The notes under the pieces are model-generated. The model was not told the DNA's origin and ran no database searches. It saw nothing but the letters and a program-made list of their open reading frames with translations. From Thermodesulfobacteriota bacterium (GTDB lineage: Bacteria > Desulfobacterota_D > UBA1144 > Nemesobacterales > UBA2774), in assembly GCA_963422265.1 (NCBI GenBank), contig OY729416.1, positions 1,632,001-1,696,000 on the forward strand: DNA of 64,000 nucleotides, in the 5' to 3' direction. Shown here one piece after another: positions 34,582 through 44,740 of the stretch (its first letter is position 1; every line of letters begins with the position of its first letter). A program made the position numbers and the translations under genes.

Positions 34582-35553
34582 ATGCCTGGCGATAAACAAG
34601 ACTACATAAAGGTGCTTTCAGTAGATGGTGGGGGAATAAAGGGTATAATCCCAGCTATGGTTCTTGCAGAAATGGAAGACCGTTCCAATGTAAGGATCGC
34701 TGAGATGTTTGATTTAATAGCTGGAACCTCGGCAGGTGGTATTATAGCTCTGGGGTTGAATGTGAAGGATAGCAATGGATGTCCCACACACTCGGCTAAA
34801 GAAATCATTAAGTTTTTCACTGATGATGGTCATAAGATATTCAACAGATCATTATGGAAGAGGTTACGTAGCGTCGGGGGACTAAGAGATGAAAAATACG
34901 ATCATGAAGAGCTGGTTCGAATACTGAAGAAATATATGGGCGATAGTACACTTGGAAGTTGTATCACAGAGACGCTAATTAGCTCGTATGATATTAAAAA
35001 CCGTTGTACTCAATTTTTTAAAAGCTGGAAGCTTGAACATCAAGATTATAAAATGTGGGAGTTGTCTAGAGCCACTTCTGCGGCTCCTACCTATTTTGAG
35101 CCTATTGAGCTAGACGGAGCAGTTCTTGTTGATGGAGGAGTATTTGCAAACAATCCTGCCATGTGCGCCTATGCGGAAGTGAAGAAATTACAAGCAGATC
35201 CGAAGCAAAAGCAATTCTGTTCAGAAATGCCAATCCTACTTGTGTCTTTAGGTACTGGAGAGCACACCAGACCAATCTCCTATATGGAAGCCAGAGATTG
35301 GGGAACGATAGAATGGATAAGGCCTATACTCAACGTTGTTTTTGATGGAGTAAGCGATGCCGTTGATTACCAGTTGAAATTAGTTCGAGGGGATGGGGAT
35401 GAGTTCTATAGGTTTCAGACTAAGCTTGATAAAGCTTATGATGATATGGATGATGCAAGTATGACAAATGTGAATGCTTTGAAGAAGAAGGCTAAAGAGC
35501 TTATTAGTAGTAAAGGGGAAGACATAGAGAAGATTTGCGAAATTATAAAATAG
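34582..35553 (+). CDS. Patatin-like phospholipase
   Basis: DGGGIKG, GTSAGG (nucleophile), SAAPTYF and DGGVFANNP motifs. Confidence 0.92.
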   Translation: MPGDKQDYIKVLSVDGGGIKGIIPAMVLAEMEDRSNVRIAEMFDLIAGTSAGGIIALGLNVKDSNGCPTHSAKEIIKFFTDDGHKIFNRSLWKRLRSVGGLRDEKYDHEELVRILKKYMGDSTLGSCITETLISSYDIKNRCTQFFKSWKLEHQDYKMWELSRATSAAPTYFEPIELDGAVLVDGGVFANNPAMCAYAEVKKLQADPKQKQFCSEMPILLVSLGTGEHTRPISYMEARDWGTIEWIRPILNVVFDGVSDAVDYQLKLVRGDGDEFYRFQTKLDKAYDDMDDASMTNVNALKKKAKELISSKGEDIEKICEIIK

Positions 35554-35855
35554 TTAATGCTAGCCTCAGACTGACTTCTTATATTAAGTTGGATGCGCAC
35601 AATAAGAAAACAGGCTTTTAAGGGGGAGACGTATATGTAGCGAGCCGCCCCCCGACGCTTTCTCGGTGTTTGCAACAAGTCTTAATTGTAATTACTGTAT
35701 TCTCTTGGATTTTGCTTAGATGGAGTATGTGGAGGATTTCTGTGGTAGAGCATGTTAACAGTAAGTTGACGTTGAATATCCCTCGGATATCAGATACGAA
35801 GCCTACTCGGCGCTAAAGCTTCTAAGCTAAAATTCACACATGGAGAAAACCGGGT

Positions 35856-36386
35856 TCATTTACCAAGCTGAAAATTGTTGTAGAGGAAGAATCCCGTAAA
35901 CAAAGTGGCTAAGATAAACAATCTAACACAGAGCCAAGGTATCACCTTCCTAACTAGTTCTGTTTCCCATGACGATTCTTCCTTTAGTTCTTTCATCTTA
36001 TTGGTATAACACTCTATCATATTGTTAATAATATCATCCTCTTTCGTCTTATTCATATAATGCTCTATCAACTTATCAATATGATTCTCTATCAGATTTA
36101 GCTCCTTATAAGATTTGTTTTGAGCAATGGGAAATGCTATAAGTGTTAGAATGATTACTAAAGCAAAAGCTATCCATGAACCATACAACGCTCACTCGTT
36201 ATTATGAGATCCATTTTGGATTAAATTGTCCATGAAAATGAAAGAGAGTCCCAAACTTGCAGCGGATAAAGATAAAATCTCTGCGTCAAAAATTTGGGAG
36301 TTGGATAGTATTATGTTTCGTAGATGCTGTCTATGGTTAAGGTACTCAGAATATACCCTTTTCTCTTCTTCGTTGTTATTGCTCAT
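35856..36386 (-). pseudogene. Membrane protein with an internal in-frame TGA at 36192-36194
   Basis: ORFs 36192..36386 and 35856..36188 share a frame; joined product has about three TM segments. Confidence 0.65.
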
Positions 36387-36610
36387 TGTTTGCTAAGCTC
36401 CTATTGGTTAGTTTTTTTAATGATAACCTTTGTATACTTTTTTAGACTTAAACATCAACCATAATTTTCTCGTACTACGAGTAGAAATCAAAGTCAAGTT
36501 GTTTTATGGATTTTTACACACAGTCACCTGATTTGACCCTATGCGTTCATTGACAGTATGATAAACGAGCGAACACAGTAATTGCACTTATTGAATACTA
36601 GATTCCCGTT

Positions 36611-37025
36611 TTCACGGGAATGACGTCTCTTGACTTACCGCATATTATAGCGACTCGCTGATTTTTCACACCTGGAAAAAGCGCAAGATGGGGCTAAGTA
36701 AACATCTTGATGGGGGGTTGAAAACTTTCAAAAAGTAGCGATTTTCCGCGTTTTTCTAGCCCTTTTCCAACATTTTCTTTACTGTATCTAGCGATTTCAT
36801 ATCACTTTGATCACTTTTCCGTAACTTAGAAAAGAGGCTTATCCTAGTAATTAGGCTTTTTGGTGATAGACGAAGTGTTGTTAAAGTTGGTTTAATCAGG
36901 GTTTGTGAGGCGTTTAAATATATCTTTGCTGCTTGCTTAAAATCACATGGGAGCAGGTTTTTTGTGAGTGGGGCGGGTTTTTTGGTTCATCTGAAATGAA
37001 TGTCCGCAGATTACGCATCCCTTGA
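36611..37025 (+). repeat. 415-bp direct repeat, copy 1
   Basis: Matches 38826..39240; only one substitution noticed (TCCGCAG vs TCCACAG). Confidence 0.92.
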
Positions 37026-37077
37026 GCCAGCCAAAAGGTAGGGTGCGGGTGCTTTAGCCTCATCATGACAAAACCTC

Positions 37078-37630
37078 TGTAAGAGTTCAAATATGAGACC
37101 GGGGGTAAACTAATAGGGGAAGGAGGTAGCATGTTAATGACAGTATTCAGCATAGCCAAAGGTTTTCATAAACTGTTGAGACACCCACCGCCAGACTTAA
37201 GTCCTAAGGAGTTAGATAGATTAAGGAGGATAACAATATACAATAGAATAAAGGACGTATCACTGGTATGTAAGATTTATGGGATCAGCCGAGCTACACT
37301 GTACAGGTTTCTAAAGAGATATGATCCTAAGAATCTTAAATTTCTAAGGGACCGGTCTCGTCGTTCACATAGGCTACGGAAGGCAAACTGGAGTCATGAA
37401 CTTGTGATGGAAAGTAAAGAAGCTGCGGGAACAGTGTCCTAGGTGAGGGAGGGAGAAACTGAGCATACTGTTAAAAGAGTGGGGGATTGGTAAAAGTGGT
37501 GAGGGGGAATAGGAGGCTAGGAGCCGTGCGAGCTCTCGTATGGCAAAAGAGTTTATAGATACAGTAGAGAGAAGCAGATGCTGTTCAAAGTAAAGGCAAT
37601 ACAGGTAGATGGTGGTAGTGAGTTCTTTTC
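37078..37630 (+). mobile_element. Degraded IS481-family-like transposase remnant
   Basis: HTH (VCKIYGISRATLYRF…DRSRRS) from 37131; shifted KKLREQCPR*GREKL; integrase-core fragment VKAIQVDGGSEF; putative TGT end at 37078. Confidence 0.7.
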
Positions 37631-37686
37631 TGAAAAAACTTGACAGTACGACAAACAATCGTTTATTATTAGAAGCGAGGAAGGCT

Positions 37687-37785
37687 ATGATGAATGAAAA
37701 GAGGTTTTACTTTTCATTGTCTGAGAGTAAGCATAATCTTCTTTCAGAGTTTGCTAAGCAGAATAATATATCTAAGGGGGGATAA
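37687..37785 (+). pseudogene. Truncated RHH-like ORF (32 aa)
   Basis: MMNEKRFYFSLSESKHNLLSEFAKQNNISKGG has strand plus helix A only; GAGG SD and an upstream TTGACA. Confidence 0.4.
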
Positions 37786-37788
37786 ATA

Positions 37789-37998
37789 ATGCCTCATTAT
37801 GATCTTTATTTACCGGATAAACTAAATGATCGTCTTGCAGGAATTGCCAACCACGAACAGGTTAATAAAGAAGAAGTTATAAATATGGCTTTGGCATTGT
37901 TTGATCTTATATATGGGGAAAAGCAACAAGCAGGAGACATAACTATCAATATTATGAATGCTCAAAATCAAATGGTTAAGCGTATAACGGATCTATAA
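37789..37998 (+). CDS. Ribbon-helix-helix (CopG-like) protein
   Basis: YDLYLPDKLNDRLAGIA…NKEEVINMAL pattern. Confidence 0.65.
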   Translation: MPHYDLYLPDKLNDRLAGIANHEQVNKEEVINMALALFDLIYGEKQQAGDITINIMNAQNQMVKRITDL

Positions 37999-38309
37999 TG
38001 GATGTGCGATTTAGAGTTGTTAGAGAGGATTTTGAACGTGCCACACTTGAATCTCTACTAATAGATAATAAATCTAAAAGGTACGATCAGAAACTACGAA
38101 AAGATTATGCAAACTGGGCAAAAAAGACAGTTACTTTGTGGCTGGTGTTTATAGTCATACTACTTATATGGGTTGGCATATATGATTATTCTGCTCCCAA
38201 GACGAGTCTTTTTTCTGAGAGTGTTCTTATAACACTTTTAGCGACAACAACCATTAATGTAATTGCACTGACCCTGTTCATCATCAAGGGACTGTTCGAA
38301 TCGAACTAA
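37998..38309 (+). CDS. Two-TM membrane protein
   Basis: TAATG coupling to the RHH gene; two hydrophobic helices, LITLLATTTINVIAL. Confidence 0.7.
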   Translation: MDVRFRVVREDFERATLESLLIDNKSKRYDQKLRKDYANWAKKTVTLWLVFIVILLIWVGIYDYSAPKTSLFSESVLITLLATTTINVIALTLFIIKGLFESN

Positions 38310-38586
38310 AAAATAATTGACTACCGCCTTAGGGGCGTGCGCTTTCCCGCATGTATTAAGCAGGGAACAGGAAGCCAATTCTTTTGTTTCCCCCTTTAGC
38401 TAAAGGGGGATTTGATAGTATAATCGCCAACATGGTTTGGCACGGAGTTGGACTTGCTCGTTGTGCTAACGTGACTACATTTGAGTAACCAGCTTAATTT
38501 AATAGGTATTTATCTGCCACTTAAAAAGCCTTTTAAGTGAGCTTAAATCGTGCTAAAACGGAGATTAAGCAACCCCATTCCCCGCG

Positions 38587-38823
38587 CTAATCACAGGCAG
38601 TCCTTTGCTCTCCCCCCGTTTGATTGAGAGATGTTACCATAAAGTCGTAGCTCTTCCCCGACGTCAGCCCACGCACCCTCGCCGAGTTTTCCTTTACGGT
38701 AAGCTCTTCCCGATACTCCGAGATGTCCTCGTCACTCGACTTAACGCTCACAACCGCCCTGCCGTAATTATCTTCGGGTGAGTTCCAGCTAATGTTAGCA
38801 TAGCTAAAGACAATGCTACTATC
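38587..38823 (-). pseudogene. Fibronectin type III domain fragment
   Basis: ISWNSP…ARVRGLTSGKSYDFMVTSLNQTG; 5' end cut off by repeat copy 2. Confidence 0.6.
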
Positions 38824-38825
38824 TC

Positions 38826-39240
38826 TTCACGGGAATGACGTCTCTTGACTTACCGCATATTATAGCGACTCGCTGATTTTTCACACCTGGAAAAAGCGCA
38901 AGATGGGGCTAAGTAAACATCTTGATGGGGGGTTGAAAACTTTCAAAAAGTAGCGATTTTCCGCGTTTTTCTAGCCCTTTTCCAACATTTTCTTTACTGT
39001 ATCTAGCGATTTCATATCACTTTGATCACTTTTCCGTAACTTAGAAAAGAGGCTTATCCTAGTAATTAGGCTTTTTGGTGATAGACGAAGTGTTGTTAAA
39101 GTTGGTTTAATCAGGGTTTGTGAGGCGTTTAAATATATCTTTGCTGCTTGCTTAAAATCACATGGGAGCAGGTTTTTTGTGAGTGGGGCGGGTTTTTTGG
39201 TTCATCTGAAATGAATGTCCACAGATTACGCATCCCTTGA
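38826..39240 (+). repeat. 415-bp direct repeat, copy 2
   Basis: Matches 36611..37025. Confidence 0.92.
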
Positions 39241-39332
39241 AGCAAAAGCACCCTCACCCCGACCCTCTCCCGGAAGGCGCTCGCGGATGAGTCCACTCTT
39301 TCTTGGTATAAGCACGCCCTGTGCGCGTGTAT

Positions 39333-40367
39333 TCACCCTTGTTTATTTATCGCTTTCATCTCGTTATTAGTCAGTGGTTTGCTGTAAACGCGCAGGTGGC
39401 GCACAAGACCGTGGAAAACGCTTCCATCTGAATAATTTGTAAATGAGATGTTTTTATCTGTTGATTCCGCGGGGGAACTTATCACTTCTAGTTTGAAGCC
39501 GTCGGCGAGCCGATGCTCATGAGAACTGAATTCTTGCACAGCCTGTTTGTCTGAGTCGTATGGGTTGAAAACAAGCATTGTGAGAACCTTTTTATCATTG
39601 AGGTTGACTGAACAGATGACTCTGTACCACTTATCAGTCTCCAGTTTCCACTTCCCACCGTTGGAAGGTTCAATGATCTTATCTTGATTATTCAAAGTCA
39701 GTTCAAGATTCCCATCGTTCCCACGTCTAATACTGAACCACCTGTAGGATGTTCCGCCTACCAGAATTGTTCTATGGTCCCCCTCGAAATCATAGGCGTA
39801 GAAATCAAGAGCGACGGTGAAATTGTTATATTCAAACTGCCTCAAGTGTGCTGTCGCTACGTAGCCATCATCTATGTCTTCTCCCCCGTATTCATAACGC
39901 CCGTTTAGATAAAGAGCGTGCTTATCTTTACAATTTTCATCTTGATTATTCTTACAAAACTTGGTCTCTTTAAGATATATGCTTTCACTCGTGTTGGACG
40001 AGTCATTAGAATCTATATCAAGTTTGTAATTGGCTATAAGGTAAGAATCTATATCTGCAGTATCCTGTTTTGCTATGGATATTGTCACAAGGACTTCTCT
40101 ATTTATTAGGGAGAGACTTCCAGCTTTGAGGCTTTGTTCCACAACTAGACCAGGTTTTACGCCCTTTACAAATCTTGTTCGTCCGAGATCTACTAATTTG
40201 AAACCTTTGCTCTCAAGAGTCTTTCTAGCATCTGTAAGGTTCTTTTCATAGATATCTGGTACTTGTAGCGATGAATAACTTAAGATTGCTATTGTGGCAG
40301 TACAAATTGCCGATATTGCGGAAATTGCTCCCCAAACCCCTGACAATCTGTCCAAACAGCGTAGCAT
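39333..40367 (-). CDS. Membrane-anchored PASTA + LamG/concanavalin-like domain protein
   Basis: N-terminal TM; VPDIYEKNLTDARKTLESKGF…GLVVEQS (PASTA); FHGLVRHLRVYSKPLT (LamG C-terminus). Confidence 0.7.
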   Translation of the reverse strand: MLRCLDRLSGVWGAISAISAICTATIAILSYSSLQVPDIYEKNLTDARKTLESKGFKLVDLGRTRFVKGVKPGLVVEQSLKAGSLSLINREVLVTISIAKQDTADIDSYLIANYKLDIDSNDSSNTSESIYLKETKFCKNNQDENCKDKHALYLNGRYEYGGEDIDDGYVATAHLRQFEYNNFTVALDFYAYDFEGDHRTILVGGTSYRWFSIRRGNDGNLELTLNNQDKIIEPSNGGKWKLETDKWYRVICSVNLNDKKVLTMLVFNPYDSDKQAVQEFSSHEHRLADGFKLEVISSPAESTDKNISFTNYSDGSVFHGLVRHLRVYSKPLTNNEMKAINKQG

Positions 40368-40559
40368 TTTTTATTCCTTACTAGAATTAGCTTAGACCTA
40401 AACATCAACCATTTTAGACTTGTACTATAAATAGACATTAAAGTCAAGTTGTTTTATGGATTTCTACACAGAATCACCTGATTTAAACCTATACATATTT
40501 TGACGATATTAAGAAGGATCGTTGTGGGATCTCGTCTTTTAAGCAACTTGCTCAAAAAA

Positions 40560-40980
40560 TGATTCCGAAACCCTGAAACGAGTTCAGGACAAGCAAGTTC
40601 GGAAGACGGTTCTAGGATGTGTAGTAATCGTCATTCCTGCTTTACGCAGGAATCTAGTAGGTGGGGTAGGGAGAGTACTCTCCTTTCCCGACTCCCTTTC
40701 TAGATTCCCCGCTCGAGGTCTGTCTCGTACCCTGATATGGGAGCGGAAAAGACGAGATTCTCCTTTTGCGCTTCCACCTTCGGTACATACTCCCAACCCT
40801 TCTTGGATTTCCTGCTTATGTAGGAATGACGATTTCCACGCATCACCCATGCCATCATTTTGTATGGGAAACCTAAGAGGGATTTGAAACTCTTCATCAG
40901 ACGTAACCTTACCCTCAATTATTCTCCAATAAGGAAACTGTAAAAAGGGTTGACAATGTTTGTGGATTTTGGTACAAGCA
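40560..40980. repeat. Composite repeat block with promoter module
   Basis: GTCATTCCTGC…GCAGGAATCTAG; 40801-40978 is homologous to 34335-34513. Confidence 0.8.
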
Positions 40981-41193
40981 TAAAGTGTAACATTGGAAGG
41001 GAAGCTTTCATGATAGATAATCTTAGAAGTAAATCAAAAGAGAACCTAACAAAATACACAATGAAATTGCTCTGCTGTTGTATTTTTCTAGGTTTGCTTA
41101 TGGTTGAGGGTGAAGTAGAATAGTATATAGAGAAATAGAGTTTGTATAAACACACTAAGGTTGTCAACTAAAAAATCAAAGGAGGTAATAAAT

Positions 41194-41637
41194 ATGAGGC
41201 AGGTTTTGATAGGTCTTGCTTGGATTATCGTTCCTGCTATAGTGGCTTCCGTCACGACTTAATTATGTCTCAAGCTCTCTGTTAAAGGAAGAAGAAGTGG
41301 TTGCTTAAGCTAGCAGAGCATATGCTGACTACGTTAAAGAAGCGGTCAGTCGTTCACAAAAGAGGGGGAAGATAAAAATCTTGCTAAGGCAAAAGCTCGT
41401 GTTGCAATCTATGGTGACATCGAAACTGTCAAGAAACTTGCTAGGTTTCACTATGAACATAGCCGTATTGAAAATAAAGATGAGATGGAGATGTTTCTGG
41501 ATATCATAATTTCTATGAGGAAAAATTTATATGGTAAAGAGAAAACTCAATATAAGAAATATCTCTGTTGGTCCCTTGCTGGGAATAATGAAAATCTCTG
41601 CCCCTATACCTATGAGACTAGTAAGTTTCTGCAATAG
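41194..41637 (+). pseudogene. Multiply frameshifted hypothetical membrane-protein gene
   Basis: AAGGAGG SD; TM MRQVLIGLAWIIVPAIVAS, then fragments RAYADYVK and AKARVAIYGD…FLDIIISMRK in other frames. Confidence 0.5.
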
Positions 41638-41776
41638 AGATAAATTAGGTTGATAGGGGGACCACTAGTTAATGGTCCCCCTTTACGAAAGGGGGAATTA
41701 GGAATAGTTCTCATTTCCCGCTTGAACTCAGAGAAACCTAATGAGGGACTAAAGCAGGTTTGATTCTTCCCTTTAG

Positions 41777-41929
41777 CTAAAAGGTTGCAGTTTCTATATG
41801 AATTGATGTGAGAGGTTTAATAGCCGAGAGTGAAGAAACGGTGAGGGATTTCTCTCCATCAAGGGGATGATCTACAAACACATTAATAAGGATTTGTCTG
41901 TTCTGAACCTTACCACTAAAGAACGGCAT
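41777..41929 (-). pseudogene. Truncated ORF, possibly the N-terminus of a retropepsin-like protease
   Basis: MPFFSGKVQNRQILINVFV overlaps the upstream gene end; no DTG motif remains; assignment rests on gene-pair context only. Confidence 0.3.
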
Positions 41930-42200
41930 GAGGGTAAAATCCTAGATCAATTCCTCTTTTTTCTATTTTCTGGATTGAGAAAGGCTCATCTTTATAGAGG
42001 AGCTTCGCGGTCTTACGGGCATCCTGCCAACTGCTGAATATCTCAACAACTTTCCTGTCTTTCATCAAAGCGTACATACCAGAATTATTATGATAGAAAT
42101 CATCGTCAAGTTTTTGAAAAACCTCGTAGTTTTTATCTACCTCTTCCTGGTACTTAATTACATCCTTTCCCTGATCGGAATCGAGAACACGCCTAGACAT
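41916..42200 (-). CDS. Hypothetical protein (DUF5678-like)
   Basis: NYEVFQK…GMYALMKDRKVVEIF…FSIQKI pattern; AAGGTG SD. Confidence 0.6.
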   Translation of the reverse strand: MSRRVLDSDQGKDVIKYQEEVDKNYEVFQKLDDDFYHNNSGMYALMKDRKVVEIFSSWQDARKTAKLLYKDEPFSIQKIEKRGIDLGFYPHAVL

Positions 42201-42836
42201 TGTAACACCTTTCTAAATACAGCATCTATTGAGATGTTAACATTAAACTAGACTAACAATCAAGGGGGGGGGACAGGTGCTACAAGTAGGATTCTTTAAA
42301 AACTTGCCTTTTTAGCAATCCCCAGCGTTTTTTCTGGATTCCTAGTTCGCATAGGGCGACCACACTTGTCCACATGTGATTTTGAGCGAGGAAGGGGCGC
42401 CTTATGGAAGGAATGGGAAGTGAATTCTATTTCTCGCCCTGAACCATGCCCCAAGCTTCTCGATCTGCTCTTTAGATTGGTCACGTTTTGTGTAACTTTC
42501 CTTCCGTTTTGATATGTATTCTTGAGTTTCCCGCGGAGTTGCGACGTATAGGTAATTATGTCCCCACCAAACTGTTCCTACCAGATAACCAATGGAAGCC
42601 AAAAGAGCAACCACTGAGATTCCTATAAAAATACGAGAGGGTCCAAAATCAGATTTTATTGCATAGACAACAATGAATTTGTATATAAAGAAGATTTGAC
42701 AATAAAAAGGGAAAATAAGAAGGCGGGATCGGTAGATATAACCAGAGTAAATGGTACAGATAACCCCATTTTGTTTTAGTAGTAGCTTACAGAGATAATT
42801 CAGTTGATTTTTACAAAGGAAGACTATCGGATGGCT

Positions 42837-43000
42837 TCAAAAATCCATTGATTCATAGAATTTCTCAGCAACTTTCTCACACCCTGAAGCATCAGGATGG
42901 CTTTCGTCACCCCAGTCGTCCTTTTCCAGTTCTAAAGTTGAAGTATCGAGAAATATTAAGCATTTCTTATATTCTTGTTCAGGACCCACTAGCATTTTTC
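42837..43000 (-). pseudogene. C-terminal remnant of an SGNH/GDSL hydrolase
   Basis: DWGDESHPDASGCEKVAEKF resembles block V (DxxHP); the N-terminal part is replaced by repeat sequence. Confidence 0.45.
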
Positions 43001-43452
43001 TCATCTGTTCCACTTCTACAACAAGTGAAGGGGCGGGACGGAAGAGAGAAAGATTGCTCAACACTGCTTCGCTCTGTTCGGCATGACAGCGGGGGAGCTT
43101 CACTTGGAACGGCAGAAGGGGGATTGGAACACTTGGCTGAGCACCCGTAAGTCCACGTGGTTACTGCAACGAACAAGAAAATCCAACCCTAACCCTCCTT
43201 TACGAAAGGAGGGGAATATATTTTCTAACCTCAGAGATTAACAGGAGACTTTGAAGTGCTTGGCTAGATGTAACCTTATCCTCAATTATGTTCCAATAAG
43301 GAAGCTATAAAAGGGTTGATAATATGTCTCCCGAGCGGAGCCGAGGGGGGGGAACGAGTAACTCCTTTAGCAACATAAGTATTGATTGGGAGAAGCTATC
43401 TTGACACTTTCTTGCTGTCTAGTATATATTTAATGCAAGATAAAAAAGGAGG

Positions 43453-43773
43453 ATGTTTATGACTGAGCAGGCGATCTTGCAGTCTATACAAGATGGTATC
43501 GGCCGTATAGAAAGGGATATAAATGGGTTTCAGGGGGAATTTCAGGAGTTTAAGGGAGAGTTTAAGGGGTTTCAGGGGGAATTCCAGGAGTTTAAGAAAG
43601 AGGTTCATGCTAAGTTTGAGCAAATAGATAATAGGTTGGAGCAGGTGGACAACAAACTGAACAAGATTGATAACAGGTTAATAAGAATAGAGGACATCTT
43701 GGACAGAACTAAAATAACTGCCATAGCCGATAATGAGGCGGCTTTTATGTCTGCAATGAATAGACAGCGTTAA
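43453..43773 (+). CDS. Small coiled-coil repeat protein
   Basis: AGGAGG SD; FQGEFQEFK repeats and IDNRL heptads. Confidence 0.7.
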   Translation: MFMTEQAILQSIQDGIGRIERDINGFQGEFQEFKGEFKGFQGEFQEFKKEVHAKFEQIDNRLEQVDNKLNKIDNRLIRIEDILDRTKITAIADNEAAFMSAMNRQR

Positions 43774-43929
43774 ACTGAAGTTGAAGCAAGTAGTGGTATA
43801 TATTGTGTTTCATCTCTGTTCGTCTTCGTCAACATCTGCTAAATACTGAAAAACAAATCCATTGTGCCTCTACGTCTCATGGATGACAAATGACAGTGAG
43901 GCTACATCCCGGGCGTTATTACCAACTTG

Positions 43930-44560
43930 ATTGAGAATCCAGAACGGGGAACTTGGGAGTTCCTTCCTTGTATTGTTCCCCCTTTATCTAAAGGGGGATA
44001 TAGGGGGATTTGACGGGCGATGTCCTGAGTCTGCCGAAGGGCAAAATACAACCGATAAATTCTGTCTTCTCCCTCTCCTGCGTAAGCAGGAATCCAGAGG
44101 GAGGGATTTCTGTTCCTTCCACATTCGTAGGGATAACCCTTGTTGTTACCTTGTCCTTAGGTTCTTAGGGCGAGACCATCCTTCAAACAGGCGTAGGAGA
44201 TCGCTAGGGAGATCGTCCTGTGGGTAAAGATAAAATCCACCCTAACCCTCCTTTACAAAAGGAGGGGAATATCCTTTACTAATCTCAGAGCTTGACAAGA
44301 GACTTTGCCCTCTTTGCTATACGTGCATGGACTACTCATTTTTTCTCCCCCTTTATCTAAAGGGGGATATAGGGGGATTTGACGGGCGATGTCCTGAGTC
44401 TGCCGAAGGGCAAAATACAACCGATAAATTCCGTCTTCTCCCTCTCCTGCGTAAGCAGGAATCCAGAGGGAGGGATTTCTGTTCCTTCCACATTCGTAGG
44501 GGTAACCCTTGTGGTTACCCACACCACCACACCCCCAGTCATTCCCAATTATATTGGGAA
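43930..44560 (+). repeat. Composite REP-like element, about two tandem units (period about 370 bp)
   Basis: 43978-44150 matches 44347-44520; same modules as the 52.8-54.4-kb array. Confidence 0.9.
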
Positions 44561-44740
44561 TCCGGAAATGGTTTGGCAGGCTCACCAATCAGAGGGTTGG
44601 GGAACGAGACCCTTTCCTTATATAATCTGCTCGAGAGTGAGACGCCTAGTAGGAGCGAGCATAGATTGATATAAAGCCTCATTATTGCTAGATTAGTAAA
44701 ATAAGAGATGGAAAAAAGAGTCTCCTTGGGATATTAAGGC

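Noticed and set aside
36192-37450. TGA recoded as Trp (in-frame TGA in the membrane gene and in transposase PR*GREKL)
   Set aside because: Core genes such as accC and thiE end in TGA; TGG-to-TGA mutation in decaying genes is simpler
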